Origin: Macrostomum lignano
Taxonomy: Eukaryota
DNA: 64,000 bases
Assembly: GCA_002269645.1 (NCBI GenBank)
Contig: NIVC01003998.1
Coordinates: 1,849 to 65,848, forward strand
Direction: 5' to 3'
Shown here: positions 60,535 through 64,000 of the stretch, in pieces
Numbering within the stretch: position 1 is the stretch's first letter
Layout: each line of letters opens with the position of its first letter
The notes under the pieces: model-generated
Databases searched by the model: none
Seen by the model: the letters and a program-made list of their open reading frames with translations, nothing else
Told to the model about the DNA's origin: nothing
Position numbers and translations under genes: made by a program

Positions 60535-61190
60535 CCCTTCAGCTTCCAAGCCACCTCACTCCCCCAACCCCTAAACAACCCTCAGCTTCACAGCCACCTC
60601 ACTCCCCAACCTCTAAACAACCCTCAGCTTCACAGCCACCTCACTCCCCCAACCTCTAAACAACCCTCAGCTTCCCAGCCACCTCACTCCCCAACCCCTA
60701 AACAACCCTCAGCTTCCCAGCCACCTCACTCCCCAACCCCTAAACAACCCTCAGCTTCCCAGCCACCTCACTCCCCAACCCCTAAACAACCCTTCAGCTT
60801 CCCAGCCACCTCACTCCCCCAACCCCTAAACAACCCTCAGCTTCCCAGCCACCTCACTCCCCCAACCCCTAAACAACCCTCAGCTTCCCAGCCACCTCAC
60901 TCCCCAACCCCTAAACAACCCTCAGCTTCCCAGCCAACTCACTCCCCCAACCCCTAAACAACCCTCAGCTTCCCAGCCACCTCATTCCCCCAACCCCTAA
61001 ACAACCCTCATCAGTTTCACAGCCACCTCACTCTCCCAACCCCTAAACAACCCTTCAGCTTCCCAGCCACCTCATTCCCCCAACCCCTAAACAACCCTCA
61101 TCAGTTTCACAGCCACCTCACTCTCCCCACCCTACCCTTACCTCAGTTTCCCAGCCGCCCCACTTCCCAACCCCTACCCTCCCCTCAGTG
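60535..61190. repeat. ~42-bp C-rich minisatellite
   Basis: CCCTAAACAACCCTCAGCTTCCCAGCCACCTCACTCCCCAAC units. Confidence 0.92.
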
Positions 61191-61886
61191 TTACACAGCC
61201 AGATTGAACACGATTGCAGGCATCTGAGAATCTCCTTAACCGTGAATCAGCTTGGCAGCAGAAGTCTACAGTGTATAAACTCGTACTTTGCTTCGAATCT
61301 TGTATAAACATTTATTTAGCAACACAAGACATTAAATGTTACACACGCAAAAGTTTTGATACTACTATAATATGCACATAAAAATACATTGCTAATTAGC
61401 ACGGTTATAGCTCTCATAACATTCCCTTCTGCAAATATCGAAATATAATAGATATTTATGACAACTGATTTCTGTTGAAAGCACTTCTCGTACTCAACAA
61501 TTCTACTCAATGAAAATACTTTTTTTAACAATCTTTGTTCATTTCTTACCTGATTTTTTACTATATAGCTAATTCAAATTTTATACAATTAAATAAACAG
61601 TTCCGCAGAAACCTATGAAATAAAATAGCAATAAATGCAGGCAATATTTACATGCGATTTCGCTGCCTTTTTGCTTACATATAAAAAATTCGCAGACGGT
61701 ACTACTTACAATACAAGTAGTCTAGTATCTGATATAGTAGATTTATTCTACTTTAAATTAGAAATACGGATTTTTTTTTAGAAAGCTAACTAACAATCAG
61801 CCCCCGTTGGGGAGACAACAAAGAAAGGAATTAAACAGGGGTATTATTTACGTTCTCCGGGATTTTATTTTGTTAATATCCAATAT

Positions 61887-61915
61887 ACGAGGGGTGTCCC
61901 AAAAGTTCCCGGAAT
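61887..61915 (+). mobile_element. Tc1/mariner-type terminal inverted repeat (one end only)
   Basis: TACGAGGGGTGTCCCAAAAGT, related to the termini of the 18720-19909 element; partner end not found. Confidence 0.5.
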
Positions 61916-63434
61916 GTCTAACGTAGCTCTTCAACGGAGCCATGATGTTTCACGCCCTTGGTGTCAAATGAAAGGAAGTTTTGTCACGAAGAAAATGAAG
62001 TTAAAAGCATGTTGATATCTGTTTTTATTCAGGAGCTGCAGCAAGAAACGTGCGCAAAGGTCAGGGGTACTGTTACACAACCTCACATATCACTGAAAAT
62101 AATTTTTCATCTTCGTTTTTGGATATTTTCATTTTGAATTCGTGCTACTAACGTCTCAGAAAGACGTGGTAGTGTCTATGGAAAAAAGCAGAAATGCTCA
62201 TTAAGCTAATCTGAGCTTTTGCGCGAGTGCAGATAATTCTTACCAAGCGCTTGCTTTCAACTTGAAATCTCTTTGCCAAATTGGGTTCTCTTCAGAGCCT
62301 CGAAAGTCAGCGAAGTCAAGTTTTTGTCCTTTGGTCAGTAGGATGGAGTGGAGCCAAGATTTCTGACCACTTATTCTCCATCCACGGTGAGAACAGCCTG
62401 AAAAAAACTGCCATTTACGAATTTACGAGTTATGATAATTCAAGTTATAAGATTTAAGTTTCACAATTCAGTAAAAACTACAAAAAAAATCTTACTACTT
62501 ATTACTAGTATAGGCAAACACCAGACTTTATACAGAAACTATAATAAAGAAGTAAAACTATCATGGTACTAAAAATTTTAAGCTAAAACTGCATTGTTAC
62601 TACCTGAGAGACACAGCGAGAGGCGAGAGCTAATGTGCTTCTAAAGAAGGCCTATAGCTCTGTTATAAAATATTTGTCTCTGTTGTCTAGGAAACTAAGA
62701 GTAAAGAGTAGGGGGAGAAGGCTGTACGTTGACTAGTAAGTTCCTCTACTCACCCCTCTTTTCCAATACTTGCTTCCCTATCCCTACTAGAATTCACCTA
62801 CATAAGCTGCCTGTGAAACACTGGACTCCCAGCTCCCGTGCTTGCATAAAATAGAGAATGAATTGCACTGTTTTTCCCACTGTCATTACATGAGCCAATG
62901 AGATGGGGGATCTCAGAAAGACCAGAGAGAGAGGGAGAGGGCTGAGAAGTACAAAAGGACGCAAGTGTGATGGTTAAGAATAGGCTTGCATGGGCTTTAT
63001 ACCGCCATTTCGCCATCTCTCATGAGTTTGATTCTCCCCTGAATAGCAGGTGGCTGTACAATCAGTTGGTGGTACAGCTGGGCGGGAAGGCATACAGTGC
63101 GAGGGGAGCGAAGTGGGCGAGGGAGAAATGGAGAGGAGAGGAAGCGGGGGGGGAAGGGAATTTCTAGAGCGTGTTTGGCCGGGCCCAGCTGGTGTGACAG
63201 GGGGAGCCTGAGTTTGATGCGGACTCGCTGGGCAGCCAGCAAGCAGCAAAAGCAGCTTCGGCATTGGCTTGCAAGAACAATAAAATTTGGAGCAAACCAT
63301 TTTCTGGTCAAGCGGCCTCTTCAGCGAAGCCAATGTTTTCAGATTCAACGACGTCAATTTGTAGTCACTTTTAAGCACAGTGAGTTCAGTCAGTATACAG
63401 TGGATTCCCAAAGCTGACCAGAGAACGCTTAAAA

Positions 63435-63995
63435 ATGGATCGGCATTTTGATAAGCTGTCAATCTCCGCTAGCGGCCTTCTTGGCGACAGACGCGGCCAG
63501 CCACATCACTATCAGACTCAGCAGCCGCAGCCGCAGCTCCAGCAGCAGCAGCAGCTGCCGCACCATCCAGTCAGGCGTTCGCAGCAGCCAACCAGCGTCT
63601 ACGACGGCTTCCGCGAGCAGTCCGAGGAGTCGCCGCGCGAGCCCGCGCGCCAGCGCACTGGCCGGGTTCGACAGTCGCGGAGCAGCACCTGGGGCGGCGG
63701 CGACGCTGCCAACGGTCAGCAGCTGCCGTCGGCGATGCCAGCCGAGCTGGACGAAACTGTCGATCTCCGGCGCCGGGCCCCGTCGCAGGCGGAGAGTCCG
63801 AGGACGCCGAGGACGCCGAGGACGCCAGCAGGTGGCGGCAGTCCGCGCTACGCCGCCTCAGGCGGACACGACGATCAGCACCATCTGGCAGCCATCTCGC
63901 CGAGGGGCGCGGCCGGTGCCAGTGCCGTGCCGCATTCGTATCAACGGCGAGACCGGATCCCAGCAGTAGCAGCGGCGGCGGCGGCGGCGGCCTGA
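63435..63995 (+). CDS. Hypothetical low-complexity protein or N-terminal exon (poly-Q, SP/TP motifs, poly-Ala)
   Basis: AAAAATGG start and GC-rich coding style. The stop follows a GCG repeat at the window edge, so an indel there could hide a longer ORF. Confidence 0.55.
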   Translation: MDRHFDKLSISASGLLGDRRGQPHHYQTQQPQPQLQQQQQLPHHPVRRSQQPTSVYDGFREQSEESPREPARQRTGRVRQSRSSTWGGGDAANGQQLPSAMPAELDETVDLRRRAPSQAESPRTPRTPRTPAGGGSPRYAASGGHDDQHHLAAISPRGAAGASAVPHSYQRRDRIPAVAAAAAAAA

Positions 63996-64000
63996 TGTTC

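Noticed and set aside
62150-62400. Possible MADF/Harbinger-associated fragment on the minus strand
   Set aside because: Only a faint PIW...KASAW.EL resemblance, with stops; insufficient evidence.

Overview
Eukaryotic (animal) genomic DNA. It has GC-rich, poly-Ala/poly-Gln-rich exons, GT-AG introns filled with minisatellites, and AT-rich blocks of decayed transposons. The style suggests a free-living flatworm such as Macrostomum, which is an inference and not a database result. Recognisable host genes: the first coding exon of a phospholipase C-beta (minus strand, continues off the left edge), an intronless LIM-domain ORF, a two-exon deoxyhypusine hydroxylase (DOHH), a two-exon mitochondrial fission factor (MFF/Tango11), a three-exon two-TM protein, a three-exon CRP/MLP double-LIM gene and several orphan ORFs. 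The dominant feature is a very young, full-length 9.16-kb Ty3/Gypsy LTR retrotransposon (7893-17054; LTRs differ by one base; 4-bp TSD CTTT). Its Gag-Pol carries an apparent cold-shock (CSD/OB-fold) RNA-binding domain between the CCHC knuckle and the protease. It also has a frame-preserving 21/24-bp repeat in the env position that is open on both strands. Other elements: a tRNA-derived SINE, a hAT MITE with an 8-bp TSD carrying E2F-like sites, a long-TIR mariner derivative, a decayed Merlin transposase, LINE 3' fragments in an inverted arrangement, a foldback element and many tandem repeats. Paired repeat copies differ almost only by C>T/G>A transitions, many outside CpG, which hints at repeat-directed deamination. 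All family assignments come from manual motif recognition; no searches were run.
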